A stretch of DNA of 64,000 nt. Origin: a bacterium (GTDB taxonomy: Bacteria; Electryoneota; Electryoneia; Electryoneales; Electryoneaceae). The notes under the pieces were generated by a model, which was not told the origin of the DNA, did no database searches, and was given only the letters and a program-made list of their open reading frames with translations. The stretch covers positions 4,288,001-4,352,000 of the forward strand of contig OY769902.1 in assembly GCA_963669175.1 (NCBI GenBank). Direction: 5' to 3'. Made by a program: the position numbers and the translations under genes. Within the stretch, counting starts at the first letter, position 1; the number at the start of each line of letters is the position of its first letter. Below are positions 49,561-60,720 of the stretch, piece after piece.

Positions 49561-49855
49561 GGCGCTTCTCCTTGTGTTGGAAAAATGGAATACTGCTAAG
49601 ATAGCAGTTCCAACACGACTTGATGCGCCTGTCGTTTAACATAGGAACTCTGATAACATTTCTTCCGCCGACTGTGTTATCAACGTAAAACCTTAAATGC
49701 TTCAGTGTTTATTTGTCAACTGACATACACATCCCTGCCGCTTAACACTCAATACCAGGCGCACAGAAGTACAATACCCCGGGCCCTGACATACCCGGGG
49801 TGTTGAATAACTTGCCCGAAAAGACTACGTGAACAAGCTACGTGTAGCTCCCTTC

Positions 49856-52800
49856 CTAGCGAACAAGCGTGATCTTACGAACAGTGTTCATCTTACCGGG
49901 AACATGTGCCCTGATAAAGTAAATCCCACTGGAAAGGTTCGTGGCATCAAATGTGAAAGCATGGTATCCCTGTGCGAAACGGCCCTGCGCCAGGACAGAA
50001 ACCTGCTCGCCAAGGATGTTGAAGACACGGACATTCAGCTCGGCTGCATCGGGCAGGCCGATTACAGCGGTCATGGTCGGGTTGAACGGATTCGGGTAAG
50101 CACGTGCAATGCTGTACTCGGTCGGAACTGTTGAGAACAGATTCTCGTTGACGCCGACACCATCCCAATTAACAGAAGCTGTGTCCGAATTGGCCGAATT
50201 ACCTTCTACGAACGATGCAACAACATAATAGGAATAGGCGCCAACTGCTTCACCGGTCAGATCATCAATGAAACCAATCGTATCCACTTCAGCCAATGCA
50301 TCACCATTACGGAAGATGATAAATTCATCGAATGTGTACGTTTCATCATCACCGGTAAACGTCCATGAAAGCTCGACAGAAGGACTACCATCTTCACGCG
50401 TAGCGGACATGCTTGCCGGCGCTTCCAGGATAGGCGCGTTGAAATCTTCAGCCATGGAAGGGATAATCTGAACCACATTGTTGTACAGGCCGATCGGACC
50501 GCGTATAACAATCCAGTCATCTTCAGCAAAATCGCTCAGGTCGAGATCGGCGGCTTCGTTGATGTAGACCTGAACAGCTCCGGAACCGTCATCAATGGAC
50601 AGGGCATACGATCCTGTTTCAGGATCGGATTCGAGCTGCCCCAGGATTTCCGCCCAGGCGCCCTCAAGTGCTTGCTGTCCGGCAATCGTAGCGGTTGTGC
50701 CGGTGTAAGGTGTCGGCAGATCATTGCCCGTACTGAGAACTTCGTACTCGAAATACACGAGTTCAGTTATACCGTTATACTCAACCACTTGCCCGGTAAC
50801 CTGGATTTGATCTCCACGGTTCAGGTTGTCAGCGGGGTCAATAGCTTCGGAATCATACAACATCACTCCGTAACCGCTTTCATCCTGGATGTAACAATCA
50901 AAGCGATCAGTGTGGATGGAATTGGTTGGCAAGGTCACAGTACCTGTTGTGGTAACCCATGTGCCCGCTTCAACCGAGGTCTGAATGTTTTCAATCGAGT
51001 AGGTAACGATAAGGGCCAGGGTAATGTCGATGACCTCGAAATCACCGGCTTCCACTTCGATGCCAGCCTGAATATAAGGTGCATAATCTTCAATCACTGC
51101 AACCAGGTCATAGGTCGCAGGCGCCAACTCGTCAAATTCGTAGTAGCCGAGTCTGTCCGTGTAGACAGTCTGGAGAAGGCCTTCATCAGGTTGAATGGCA
51201 ACCAGCACGTTTTCCATCGGGTTGTCGTCGGAATCAATGATCGTTCCGGAAATGTTGCCAGTTGTATAGGCAGAGAGTGTGATATCGATGGTTTCAATAT
51301 CACCGGCGCTCAAGTCGATGCCATTCTGCGTATAGGGTATATAGCCAGCAAAATCAGTGCTCAGGCTATAAATCTCAGGAACAATATCAGCGATTTCGTA
51401 ATAACCGTGCGCATCTGACGTTGTTGTTCGTGTGTCACCGGTATTGGGTGTCATCGTGACAGTTACACCTCCCAGCGCGTTTCCGTCATCATCGGTTATA
51501 ACACCAGATACATTGGCAGTGGTTGACCAGATCATGGTGATGTTGATAACCTCAGCCTGCCCGGTTACCAGTTCAATGCCATCCTGTACATACGGATCGT
51601 AACCATCATATTCCGCACGCAGACTGTATGTGCCTGGTGTCAGGTCCAACAATTCGTAATGTCCGGATCCGTCTGAAGTGGTCACGAATGGAAATCCCGT
51701 TTCCGGTGTCAGCGAGACATTGATCTGCATCAAGGGGTGGGTTGCTTCATCCTGGATCGTACCGGAAAGGGAAGCATTCGTACCAGTCGTGAGGTTAAAA
51801 TCGACAACGATAAAATCACCGGCTTCCACTTCAATCCCTTCCTGTGTACCAGTGACATATCCATCGTATTCAGCGCTCACGGAATAAGTACCCGGCGAAA
51901 GCGAACCGAACCGGTAATGTCCCTCTTCATCCGTGAAGACCATCAACGGCAATCCGCCCTGGGGAGTCAGCGAAACAGTTGCGTTTTCAATGGCATCGCC
52001 ATCCGCATCCATGACCGTACCCGAGATGCTGCCGGTTGTCCAGTCATAGTATATGCGTCCGGAAACTTCGCCATCGAGAATCGGCATATTATCATCAACA
52101 CCATAGTATACCTGAAGCCCGATCTCGCCGTCCTGATCTTCATAACCTATGGCTACGATAGCATCTTCCGGGTGCGCTGAAATTGTATTATAGTTGACAA
52201 CAATTTCTCTGGTATCGAAATCCATAACACACTGAAAGGTGTTTTCCGTATCATCCGTATTGTAGTAAACAACTTCGGACCACGTAATAACCAACTTTCC
52301 ATCCACAACTTCAGCATAAACCGCGCCATCAGCACCTTCATCAGCGGGGTTTAGGTCGGCGCCAAAGATGGACAGCAAGCTGTTCGGTTCGAATTCATTC
52401 GGTGTGGGATTGGAATAGGGATATCCAACCGCATCGCTGTTTGTAAAGGAAATCCTGCCGTTGGAATTGACATACATGTCTCTGTAAGCAGCATCGTACC
52501 AGGTGAAATCACCCAGGCCATAATCCGCAAAAGTCAGCAACACACTTGCGTCATCACCCAGTTCCAGGTCCGTAGCATTTTCTGAAACCGCCTGCCACGA
52601 ATACTCAATGACTTCGAAATAGTGCATGCCTTCTTCAGGCCACGGATCAAGTTCAACATTGACTGTATTAAAGCCATCAGACAATTCTATTGCCTCAGCA
52701 TAAGCGTAGTAGCCGGATGCGCTGGGAATTTCAACCGAGTTCTGTCCGATCACACAGCCTTCAATGCTGTAACCGCCGCGGTCATCCGTTGTTGCACTAT

Positions 52801-53599
52801 GCGAGCCGATAGTTACGACAACTCCTTCAAGCGCAGCGCCTGTTTCAGAGTCTGTTACGGTTCCAGAAAGATTGGCTGTACCGGAAGGCGCCTCATCTTC
52901 TTCTGAGTGAACAAGAACATTATCAACTACCCAGAAGTAAGCATAGTTGGCGTCATAATAACGGAACCTGATCTGGACTTCACTGTTGCCGGCAGCTTCT
53001 TCCGAAATGTCCAGGTTGTTGATGTTGTCTTCACTGTCTTCAAGATAAAACTCAAGGACGTTGACCCATGTATCGCCACCATCCACAGTGACATCAACAT
53101 CGCAAACCTCTTCATCGTAGTACCAGAAGAAGCTGGAAAAGGAAAGATAAACTGTTTCCAAATCCGAACAATCAAACACAGGAGATATCAACTGTTCATC
53201 CAGGTCGACTTGCCCCATATTATCCGAATCAACGATGGCAAACTCGCTATCAAATCCTTCAATAATTCTGGTTCCGAAGTTTCGCCGCCACGTATAGCCA
53301 TCATCAGAACCATCGACAACGATCCAATGTTCGGGGATTCCATTTTCAAAGGTTTCGTACAGGATAGTTTCATCCAGTTCGCCCCGACGCGGAGTCCAAC
53401 CACTACGATCTCCAGCGGCTTCAACGCGATCCAGGATTTCCGGGTGTTCTTTCAATAGCAGGTTTTGCTGTGGGGTTAAAACGTGGTTCTGCCATACCGC
53501 AAGCTGCAGCTCTTTCAATTCTTCACGCGATGCTGCAAAAACGCTTGTCACCAGTAGTAGGCAAATGCCGAGTGAAAGTAAAGCTTTTCGATGAAACAT
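49856..53599 (-). CDS. Large secreted adhesin-like protein: adhesin jelly-roll, NIDO-like, 5 carboxypeptidase-regulatory-like repeats, OB folds, Fn3, T9SS-like CTD
   Basis: SD GGAGG before ATG 53599; signal peptide; repeated xSGTxxD..G.Y....PGTY; YIQDESG; AYPNPFNP CTD. Confidence 0.88.
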   Translation of the reverse strand: MFHRKALLSLGICLLLVTSVFAASREELKELQLAVWQNHVLTPQQNLLLKEHPEILDRVEAAGDRSGWTPRRGELDETILYETFENGIPEHWIVVDGSDDGYTWRRNFGTRIIEGFDSEFAIVDSDNMGQVDLDEQLISPVFDCSDLETVYLSFSSFFWYYDEEVCDVDVTVDGGDTWVNVLEFYLEDSEDNINNLDISEEAAGNSEVQIRFRYYDANYAYFWVVDNVLVHSEEDEAPSGTANLSGTVTDSETGAALEGVVVTIGSHSATTDDRGGYSIEGCVIGQNSVEIPSASGYYAYAEAIELSDGFNTVNVELDPWPEEGMHYFEVIEYSWQAVSENATDLELGDDASVLLTFADYGLGDFTWYDAAYRDMYVNSNGRISFTNSDAVGYPYSNPTPNEFEPNSLLSIFGADLNPADEGADGAVYAEVVDGKLVITWSEVVYYNTDDTENTFQCVMDFDTREIVVNYNTISAHPEDAIVAIGYEDQDGEIGLQVYYGVDDNMPILDGEVSGRIYYDWTTGSISGTVMDADGDAIENATVSLTPQGGLPLMVFTDEEGHYRFGSLSPGTYSVSAEYDGYVTGTQEGIEVEAGDFIVVDFNLTTGTNASLSGTIQDEATHPLMQINVSLTPETGFPFVTTSDGSGHYELLDLTPGTYSLRAEYDGYDPYVQDGIELVTGQAEVINITMIWSTTANVSGVITDDDGNALGGVTVTMTPNTGDTRTTTSDAHGYYEIADIVPEIYSLSTDFAGYIPYTQNGIDLSAGDIETIDITLSAYTTGNISGTIIDSDDNPMENVLVAIQPDEGLLQTVYTDRLGYYEFDELAPATYDLVAVIEDYAPYIQAGIEVEAGDFEVIDITLALIVTYSIENIQTSVEAGTWVTTTGTVTLPTNSIHTDRFDCYIQDESGYGVMLYDSEAIDPADNLNRGDQIQVTGQVVEYNGITELVYFEYEVLSTGNDLPTPYTGTTATIAGQQALEGAWAEILGQLESDPETGSYALSIDDGSGAVQVYINEAADLDLSDFAEDDWIVIRGPIGLYNNVVQIIPSMAEDFNAPILEAPASMSATREDGSPSVELSWTFTGDDETYTFDEFIIFRNGDALAEVDTIGFIDDLTGEAVGAYSYYVVASFVEGNSANSDTASVNWDGVGVNENLFSTVPTEYSIARAYPNPFNPTMTAVIGLPDAAELNVRVFNILGEQVSVLAQGRFAQGYHAFTFDATNLSSGIYFIRAHVPGKMNTVRKITLVR

Positions 53600-53793
53600 G
53601 TGCTGCTCCTCCGTCAATGATCAAATCTCAACGCACAAGTGGATCGTTCATGCGTTATCGTACAAATAACTTCCTGTACCAACTTCCCGCATGAAAAGCT
53701 CGTTACAAATTTCCTCCCTGTTTATTGTTTGCCTGGATCATCGAATGCCATCGCGGCGCCATGCCAGATGGACTTCAAAACAAACCAGTTGAG

Positions 53794-54396
53794 TCATGCT
53801 TTTACCAGGGGCCAAAGATCTTCCGCCATTCGCCTGGCTTTTCCGTCAATATCAATTGACGGGTTGAATGCCCAAAGACTCATGAGACCGCGATACATGG
53901 AGAAGTACGTTAATGCAAAATGGTTGCAATCAACGTCTTTTCTCACGTATCCCCGCTGTTTTCCGGAATCGAGGGCCGTTTCCAGATCATGGATAACGCG
54001 CTCGTAGCTTTCGGAAATCCTGTTTCGCAGGGATTCGTTGTTTTTGGCAACCTCATAGAGGAAACGAGGCACTGCAGAAGGATCACCGGATACATCATCC
54101 GGCGTGGCGCCAGCCCAGATGTTTGTGTCCGTTTTCAAGTGTTGGAAAACGGCGCGAAGTTGTTCCGACGTGTTTTGTTGACTGTCGATTGAAGACTTTA
54201 TGCGCAGGTAATTCTGCTGCATATAAGAGTCTACAACCGCTTCAGCGAGCGACTGCTTACTACTGAAATAGTGATATAATCCACCCTTGGAGACTTTCGC
54301 TCTTTGGGCGATATCACTTACGGATACCGAGTTATACCCATATTTCAGAAATAACCAGACCGCTGCTTGCAGGATGTTAGTCTTGGTGTTCATCAA
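53794..54396 (-). CDS. TetR/AcrR family regulator
   Basis: GYNSVSVSDIAQRAKVSKGGLYHYFSSK. Confidence 0.93.
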   Translation of the reverse strand: MMNTKTNILQAAVWLFLKYGYNSVSVSDIAQRAKVSKGGLYHYFSSKQSLAEAVVDSYMQQNYLRIKSSIDSQQNTSEQLRAVFQHLKTDTNIWAGATPDDVSGDPSAVPRFLYEVAKNNESLRNRISESYERVIHDLETALDSGKQRGYVRKDVDCNHFALTYFSMYRGLMSLWAFNPSIDIDGKARRMAEDLWPLVKA

Positions 54397-54735
54397 AGTA
54401 TCCCGTGCAAACAGACTTTTAGCAACGTCAGGTATCTAAATAATCGAAAATTTACTCGCTAAATCAAGTGCTCTAAGTCACAAGAGTGCATATTTTTCAT
54501 GGTAAGCCTCGCAATAAGCAAGTTAATCAAGGTATATCCGGCCCGGCATGCACCAACAGACTCCCAGAAAACCGGGCAATATTTGCACTTCTTTCGCTGA
54601 TGAGATACTCGATGGTTGTCCCCGGCTCGCTTATTCGCCCCGGCTCGATTGTTTTTCCCCGGTTCGCTTGTTTACCCCGGCCAGGCATGGCCGGGCTACT
54701 TTTTTCACTTTCAACTTTTTTCACTTCATAGAGAT

Positions 54736-54768
54736 AAAACATCCCTCCCCGAATCCGGAGAGGGATGA
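54736..54768 (-). terminator. Terminator of the atp operon
   Basis: CATCCCTC...GAGGGATG stem with a U tract on the minus strand. Confidence 0.75.
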
Positions 54769-54806
54769 CTGCAATCAAACAAAACCTGGCGAAGGGGTTG
54801 TGACTG

Positions 54807-55223
54807 CTACGCTCCGCCTTTCGCTTTTCGGGCGATCCGGAGCCTGTTTTCAGCACGAGCCTTGGCGAGCCGGAACTTGTCGACATCTTCAGGTTTGACA
54901 TCCATCAACCGTTCGATCGACCGCTGTTTTGCGGTTTCGGCACGTTCCAGGTCAATCGCGCTTGCGTCTTCTGCGGTTTCCACCAGCAGTAGAAACTTGC
55001 CCGGGCTGACATCCGCAATGCCACCGGACGTTGCGAAGACTTTATCTTCGCCACCGGCTATGCGCACATCAATCTCGCCGATTTCAAGCGGTGTGATGAA
55101 TGGCGTATGCCCATCCAGCACCCCGAAGGAGCCTTGCACACCTGGTGCACGTACATGCTCCACATCGCCTGTAAACACCACCCCACTCGGGGTGACGATA
55201 TCCAGAGTGAACGTCTTTGCCAT
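54807..55223 (-). CDS. atpC: ATP synthase epsilon
   Basis: LDIVTP, GSFGVLDGHTP; operon position. Confidence 0.96.
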   Translation of the reverse strand: MAKTFTLDIVTPSGVVFTGDVEHVRAPGVQGSFGVLDGHTPFITPLEIGEIDVRIAGGEDKVFATSGGIADVSPGKFLLLVETAEDASAIDLERAETAKQRSIERLMDVKPEDVDKFRLAKARAENRLRIARKAKGGA

Positions 55224-55238
55224 GCTACACGCCTATCG

Positions 55239-56723
<1,485 letters not shown>

Positions 56724-57602
56724 TCACTTCAATGCTTCCGCACCGCTGACCACTTCCAGAATTTCGTTCGTAATGGCAGCCTGACGCGCCTTATTGAATT
56801 CCAGGGTCAGCCTTTCGATAAGTTCGCCCGCGCTCTTGGTCGCATTCTCCATGGCGTTCATTCGAGCTGCCTGTTCTGCAGCGAATGATTCCAGAAGTAC
56901 ACGCCACAACGCAACATTCAGGTACAACGGCAACACCGCTTCAAGTACTGCCGTCTCATCAGGTTCATAGATGAAGTCAGTTGGAAACTCCTCATCTTCC
57001 GCCAGTTCGGGAATGATGGGAAGAATCTGCTCGAGAATGACTTCCTGCTGGACCACGTTTTTGAATTCGTTGTAAACAACGTATACACGGTCCAAGCCAA
57101 GATCATCTATGAAGCCCAGTTCATACAGTTTACGAATATCGCCACCGATGATAGAAGCGGCTTCAAAATTGAAGTCCTTGTCCAGGCCGATATGGTGCTG
57201 GATGACATTTCCGCCACGTTTCCGGAAATAATCATACCCTCTTCTTCCGATCGCGATCAACTGTACCTGCCGGGCATTGACCTGCTGTTCCTTGATAAAC
57301 AGCTCTGCTTTGCGGCAGATGTTGTTATTGAAACCGCCGGCCAAACCTCGGTCACTGGTAACGACAATGATACCAATGTCCTCAGGTTCACGTACCTGCA
57401 AGAGCGGGTGCTTGTCGGGGTCGCTACGCGCCGCCAGGTCACAGATCATGACTTTCAGCTTGTCCGAATACGGACGTGCTTTCATCATGTCTTCCTGTGC
57501 GCGCCGCAACTTGGCCGCTGCGACCATCTTCATCGCACGAGTGATTTGCTTCGTGGACTCGACGGACGCAATGCGCCGCTTTATCTGCTTTAGTGAAGGC
57601 AT
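56724..57602 (-). CDS. atpG: ATP synthase gamma
   Basis: ITRAMKMVAAAK and RQAAITNE. Confidence 0.98.
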   Translation of the reverse strand: MPSLKQIKRRIASVESTKQITRAMKMVAAAKLRRAQEDMMKARPYSDKLKVMICDLAARSDPDKHPLLQVREPEDIGIIVVTSDRGLAGGFNNNICRKAELFIKEQQVNARQVQLIAIGRRGYDYFRKRGGNVIQHHIGLDKDFNFEAASIIGGDIRKLYELGFIDDLGLDRVYVVYNEFKNVVQQEVILEQILPIIPELAEDEEFPTDFIYEPDETAVLEAVLPLYLNVALWRVLLESFAAEQAARMNAMENATKSAGELIERLTLEFNKARQAAITNEILEVVSGAEALK

Positions 57603-57641
57603 ATGCGCCTACCCGTCATGACTGCGTCTGCGACGACTGCT

Positions 57642-59174
57642 TTACGCTACCGTAGCTTTCGGCGCGGTTACAGTAAAGGTCGCCTTGAACTCGTCTGCCG
57701 CCTTCCGAATCTTCTCTTCGAGGGCCTTGTCGATCTTGCCCTGCTCATCGATACCCTTGAAGATATCCGGATGCTGATTGGCGATAAACTTCACGTTCTC
57801 TTTGGTATACCGGTCGACATCTTTCACGGGCACATCATCAAGATACCCGTTAATCGCTGCCCAGAACGTGACCACCTGATGCGACAGATCCCAAGGTGAA
57901 TACTGCGGCTGCTTCATAATTTCCAGCAGACACGCACCACGCTTCAGCTTGTTCAGTGTCGACTTGTCCAAGTCGCTGCCGAATTTGGCAAACGCTGCGA
58001 GGTTGCGGTAGTCAGCCAATTCCAGCTTTATCTTACCGGCCACCTGCTTCATCGCCTTGGTTTGGGCGTTACCACCTACACGGGATACGGAAATACCTAC
58101 GTTCAACGCAGGGCGCTGACCGGAGTAGAACAATTCCGTTTCCAGGAAGATCTGACCGTCCGTAATCGAAATCACGTTGGTCGGAATGTAGGCGGACACG
58201 TCACCGGCCTGGGTTTCAATGATGGGCAACGCTGTCAGCGAGCCACCGCCCAAGTCGTCACGCAACTTGGCCGCACGTTCCAGCAGACGGCTGTGCAGGT
58301 AGAATACGTCGCCCGGATACGCTTCACGTCCCGGAGGACGACGCAGCAGCAGGGAAAGCTGCCGGTAGGCCCAGGCGTGCTTCGTAAGGTCGTCGTATAC
58401 GCACAGTGCGTGCTTGCCTTTGTCGCGGAAATATTCACCAATCGCTGCACCGGCAAACGGGGCAAGATAGAGCAACGGCGCCGGTTCTACAGCCGTAGAA
58501 CTGATCACGATGGTATGCTCCATCGCGCCGTGGTCTTCCAGTGTCTTCACTACGTTCGCAATGGTCGAGCCCTTCTGGCCGATAGCGACGTAGATACAGA
58601 TCACGTCCTTGCCCTTCTGGTTGATAATGGTATCAACAGCGAGGGTGGTTTTACCGGTTTGGCGGTCGCCAATGATCAGCTCGCGCTGTCCACGGCCAAT
58701 CGGGATCATCGAGTCAATAGCTTTAATTCCCGTCTGCAGCGGTTCATCCACCGGCTGACGGGTGATAACGCCTGTTCCCTTACGTTCAATCGGGGAACGT
58801 TCTGTTGTCGCGATGTCGCCTTTGCCGTCCAGCGGGAAACCGAGCGGATTGATGACGCGGCCAATCATGGCCTCGCCCACGGGGATATCGACCAGACGTC
58901 CCGTCCGCTTGGCGATGTCGCCTTCCTTGATGTTGCTGTCACTGCCGAACAGTACGCAACCGACGTTGTCCTCTTCCAGGTTCATCGCCATGCCGTAAAC
59001 CGGGCCGGGAAACTCTACCAGCTCGGATGCCATGACGCTGTCCAGGCCATGAACACGGGCGATACCGTCACCGACCATGATAACGGTGCCGACCTCGTCG
59101 GTTTCAACTTCGGCGGAATACTCCTCGATCCGTTTCTTGATGATCGAGGTAATTTCTTCCGGTCGAATCTGCAT
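57642..59174 (-). CDS. atpA: ATP synthase alpha
   Basis: GDRQTGKT and [22 protein letters not shown]. Confidence 0.99.
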   Translation of the reverse strand: MQIRPEEITSIIKKRIEEYSAEVETDEVGTVIMVGDGIARVHGLDSVMASELVEFPGPVYGMAMNLEEDNVGCVLFGSDSNIKEGDIAKRTGRLVDIPVGEAMIGRVINPLGFPLDGKGDIATTERSPIERKGTGVITRQPVDEPLQTGIKAIDSMIPIGRGQRELIIGDRQTGKTTLAVDTIINQKGKDVICIYVAIGQKGSTIANVVKTLEDHGAMEHTIVISSTAVEPAPLLYLAPFAGAAIGEYFRDKGKHALCVYDDLTKHAWAYRQLSLLLRRPPGREAYPGDVFYLHSRLLERAAKLRDDLGGGSLTALPIIETQAGDVSAYIPTNVISITDGQIFLETELFYSGQRPALNVGISVSRVGGNAQTKAMKQVAGKIKLELADYRNLAAFAKFGSDLDKSTLNKLKRGACLLEIMKQPQYSPWDLSHQVVTFWAAINGYLDDVPVKDVDRYTKENVKFIANQHPDIFKGIDEQGKIDKALEEKIRKAADEFKATFTVTAPKATVA

Positions 59175-59212
59175 GGGTCCTCCGCAACGGCGCGCGCTGG
59201 CGCCGTGTTCAA

Positions 59213-59743
59213 TCAGGCGCTGACCCTGCGCCGGATTTCACTGATTGATCTCTCTACGCTGGCGTCGATGATCCTGTCTCCGAACCGAAGACGGAAGCCG
59301 GCAATAATCGAGGGGTCTACTTTGCGGGAAAGGATGATTTCTGCATCCAATTCCTTCTTGAGGTAGTCCACGAATGGTGTCGTTTCGTCCTCTTCCAACT
59401 CGATTGCCGTGGTCAGTGTGGCTCGCACCACGCCGCGTTCCTGATCGTACAAGGCGGAAAGAGCCGGGTACACATCCTCAAGGATGGCTTCCCGCTTTTT
59501 CTCGATCAGTACTTTCAGGAATGTCCGTACCAGTTCGGGAGTGTCGGCGAACGCCTCGTCCACTACCTCCAGCTTTTTCGGCTGCGGAACCTGATGCCCT
59601 ACCCAGAATTGGCGCAGAACCGGGGATTCGTAGGCTTCATGGATCAGCTTCATCGCCTCCATGACATCATCTACGTCCCCAGCGTCCTTGGCCGCCTCGT
59701 ATAGGCCTTCCGCATAGCGTCTTGCCAGTTTGGGATCACTCAC
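59213..59743 (-). CDS. atpH: ATP synthase delta
   Basis: ARRYAEGL and [14 protein letters not shown]. Confidence 0.95.
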   Translation of the reverse strand: MSDPKLARRYAEGLYEAAKDAGDVDDVMEAMKLIHEAYESPVLRQFWVGHQVPQPKKLEVVDEAFADTPELVRTFLKVLIEKKREAILEDVYPALSALYDQERGVVRATLTTAIELEEDETTPFVDYLKKELDAEIILSRKVDPSIIAGFRLRFGDRIIDASVERSISEIRRRVSA

Positions 59744-60324
59744 GACTTCTTCTCCAACATCTCAAGACGTTGTTGAATAATCCGTATCTGATCTTCGCGG
59801 GAGAAACTTTCCGCGATGGCTTTGGACGCAACCTCAGCAGTGACATCAGCAATCCTGGCCCGAATGTCGGATTCAACTTTCGCCTTTTCAGCTTCGATTT
59901 CACCCTTGGCACGAGCGATCAGCTTGTCACCTTCTTCACGGGCGCTACTCTTCGCCTGTTCAATGATGGTGTTGGCGTCATGCTCGGCTTTGGCGAGGCG
60001 ATCGTTGATCTCCTGGGACGCGCTCTTCAGCTTGTCTTCGTACTCAGTAAGCAGTCTTGCTGCTTCGTCCCGATCTTTCTTGGCCTGCTCGATGTCGTTC
60101 CTGATTGCGTCTTCACGCGCCTGCAAGCCCTTGACAATTGGCCCCCAGGCGAACTTCCACAAGATCAGAAGCAGGATAATGAAGGTCAGCAGCGTCCAGA
60201 GCATACTGCCCGGCGCCACACTCAAAATGGCATTCAGACCGCCGCCTTCTCCCCCACTCGCGAAGACCGCCGCCGGCAATAAACCAAGAGCCAGTGTAAC
60301 GAGGTATTTAAGCTCCCTCATCAC
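59740..60324 (-). CDS. atpF: ATP synthase b
   Basis: TM segment, KFAWGPI and coiled coil. Confidence 0.95.
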   Translation of the reverse strand: MMRELKYLVTLALGLLPAAVFASGGEGGGLNAILSVAPGSMLWTLLTFIILLLILWKFAWGPIVKGLQAREDAIRNDIEQAKKDRDEAARLLTEYEDKLKSASQEINDRLAKAEHDANTIIEQAKSSAREEGDKLIARAKGEIEAEKAKVESDIRARIADVTAEVASKAIAESFSREDQIRIIQQRLEMLEKKS

Positions 60325-60348
60325 GACTCCCTTCGGTTGGCGGTTAGG

Positions 60349-60585
60349 TTACTTCAGGGCTACGAGCATACAAATAACGGCGTTGAAGAACGCCACGCCT
60401 TCGATCAGCGCTGCTGCGATAATCATCGGAGTCTGGATCTTGGCTTGAGCTTCCGGCTGACGCGCAATGCCGTCCATCGCCTGGCCACCAATACGGCCAA
60501 TACCAAGAGCAGCACCCAGCGTTACCAAGCCGGCGCCCAATGCGGCGCCCAAGTACGCGAGACCAGCCAGGTCAATACCTTCCAT
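60349..60585 (-). CDS. atpE: ATP synthase c (H+-type signature)
   Basis: RQPEA and ALIEGVA; SD before ATG 60585. Confidence 0.97.
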   Translation of the reverse strand: MEGIDLAGLAYLGAALGAGLVTLGAALGIGRIGGQAMDGIARQPEAQAKIQTPMIIAAALIEGVAFFNAVICMLVALK

Positions 60586-60720
60586 CGTTCCTCTTCTCCT
60601 TCTTTGAAGACGTAACCGCCTTCGTGCGTTGAACCTTGAAACGACTTGCAGTAAATCGTTGTATCGTTTTGCTTCTTTTGCTTCCAACCTATCCCCGGAC
60701 AAGCATGTCCGGGCTACAGC

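Larger units (their letters stand above)
48276..49649 (-). mobile_element. Complete IS110-family element (IS1111-like: long right end, subterminal IRs, CT core)
   Basis: Imperfect subterminal IRs CTATGTAAAC (48279) and GTTTAACATAG (49634); CT dinucleotide at both ends; the junction reconstitutes TTGACT-N17-TATGTT. Confidence 0.85.

Noticed and set aside
58062-59366. 434-aa plus-strand ORF and similar long antisense ORFs (22358-23464, 56073-56888, 30808-31677, 7167-8000)
   Set aside because: Shadow frames of well-conserved genes caused by codon bias; no motifs.
60349-60585. Na+-translocating ATP synthase
   Set aside because: The c subunit lacks the Gln and E-S/T sodium-binding signature.
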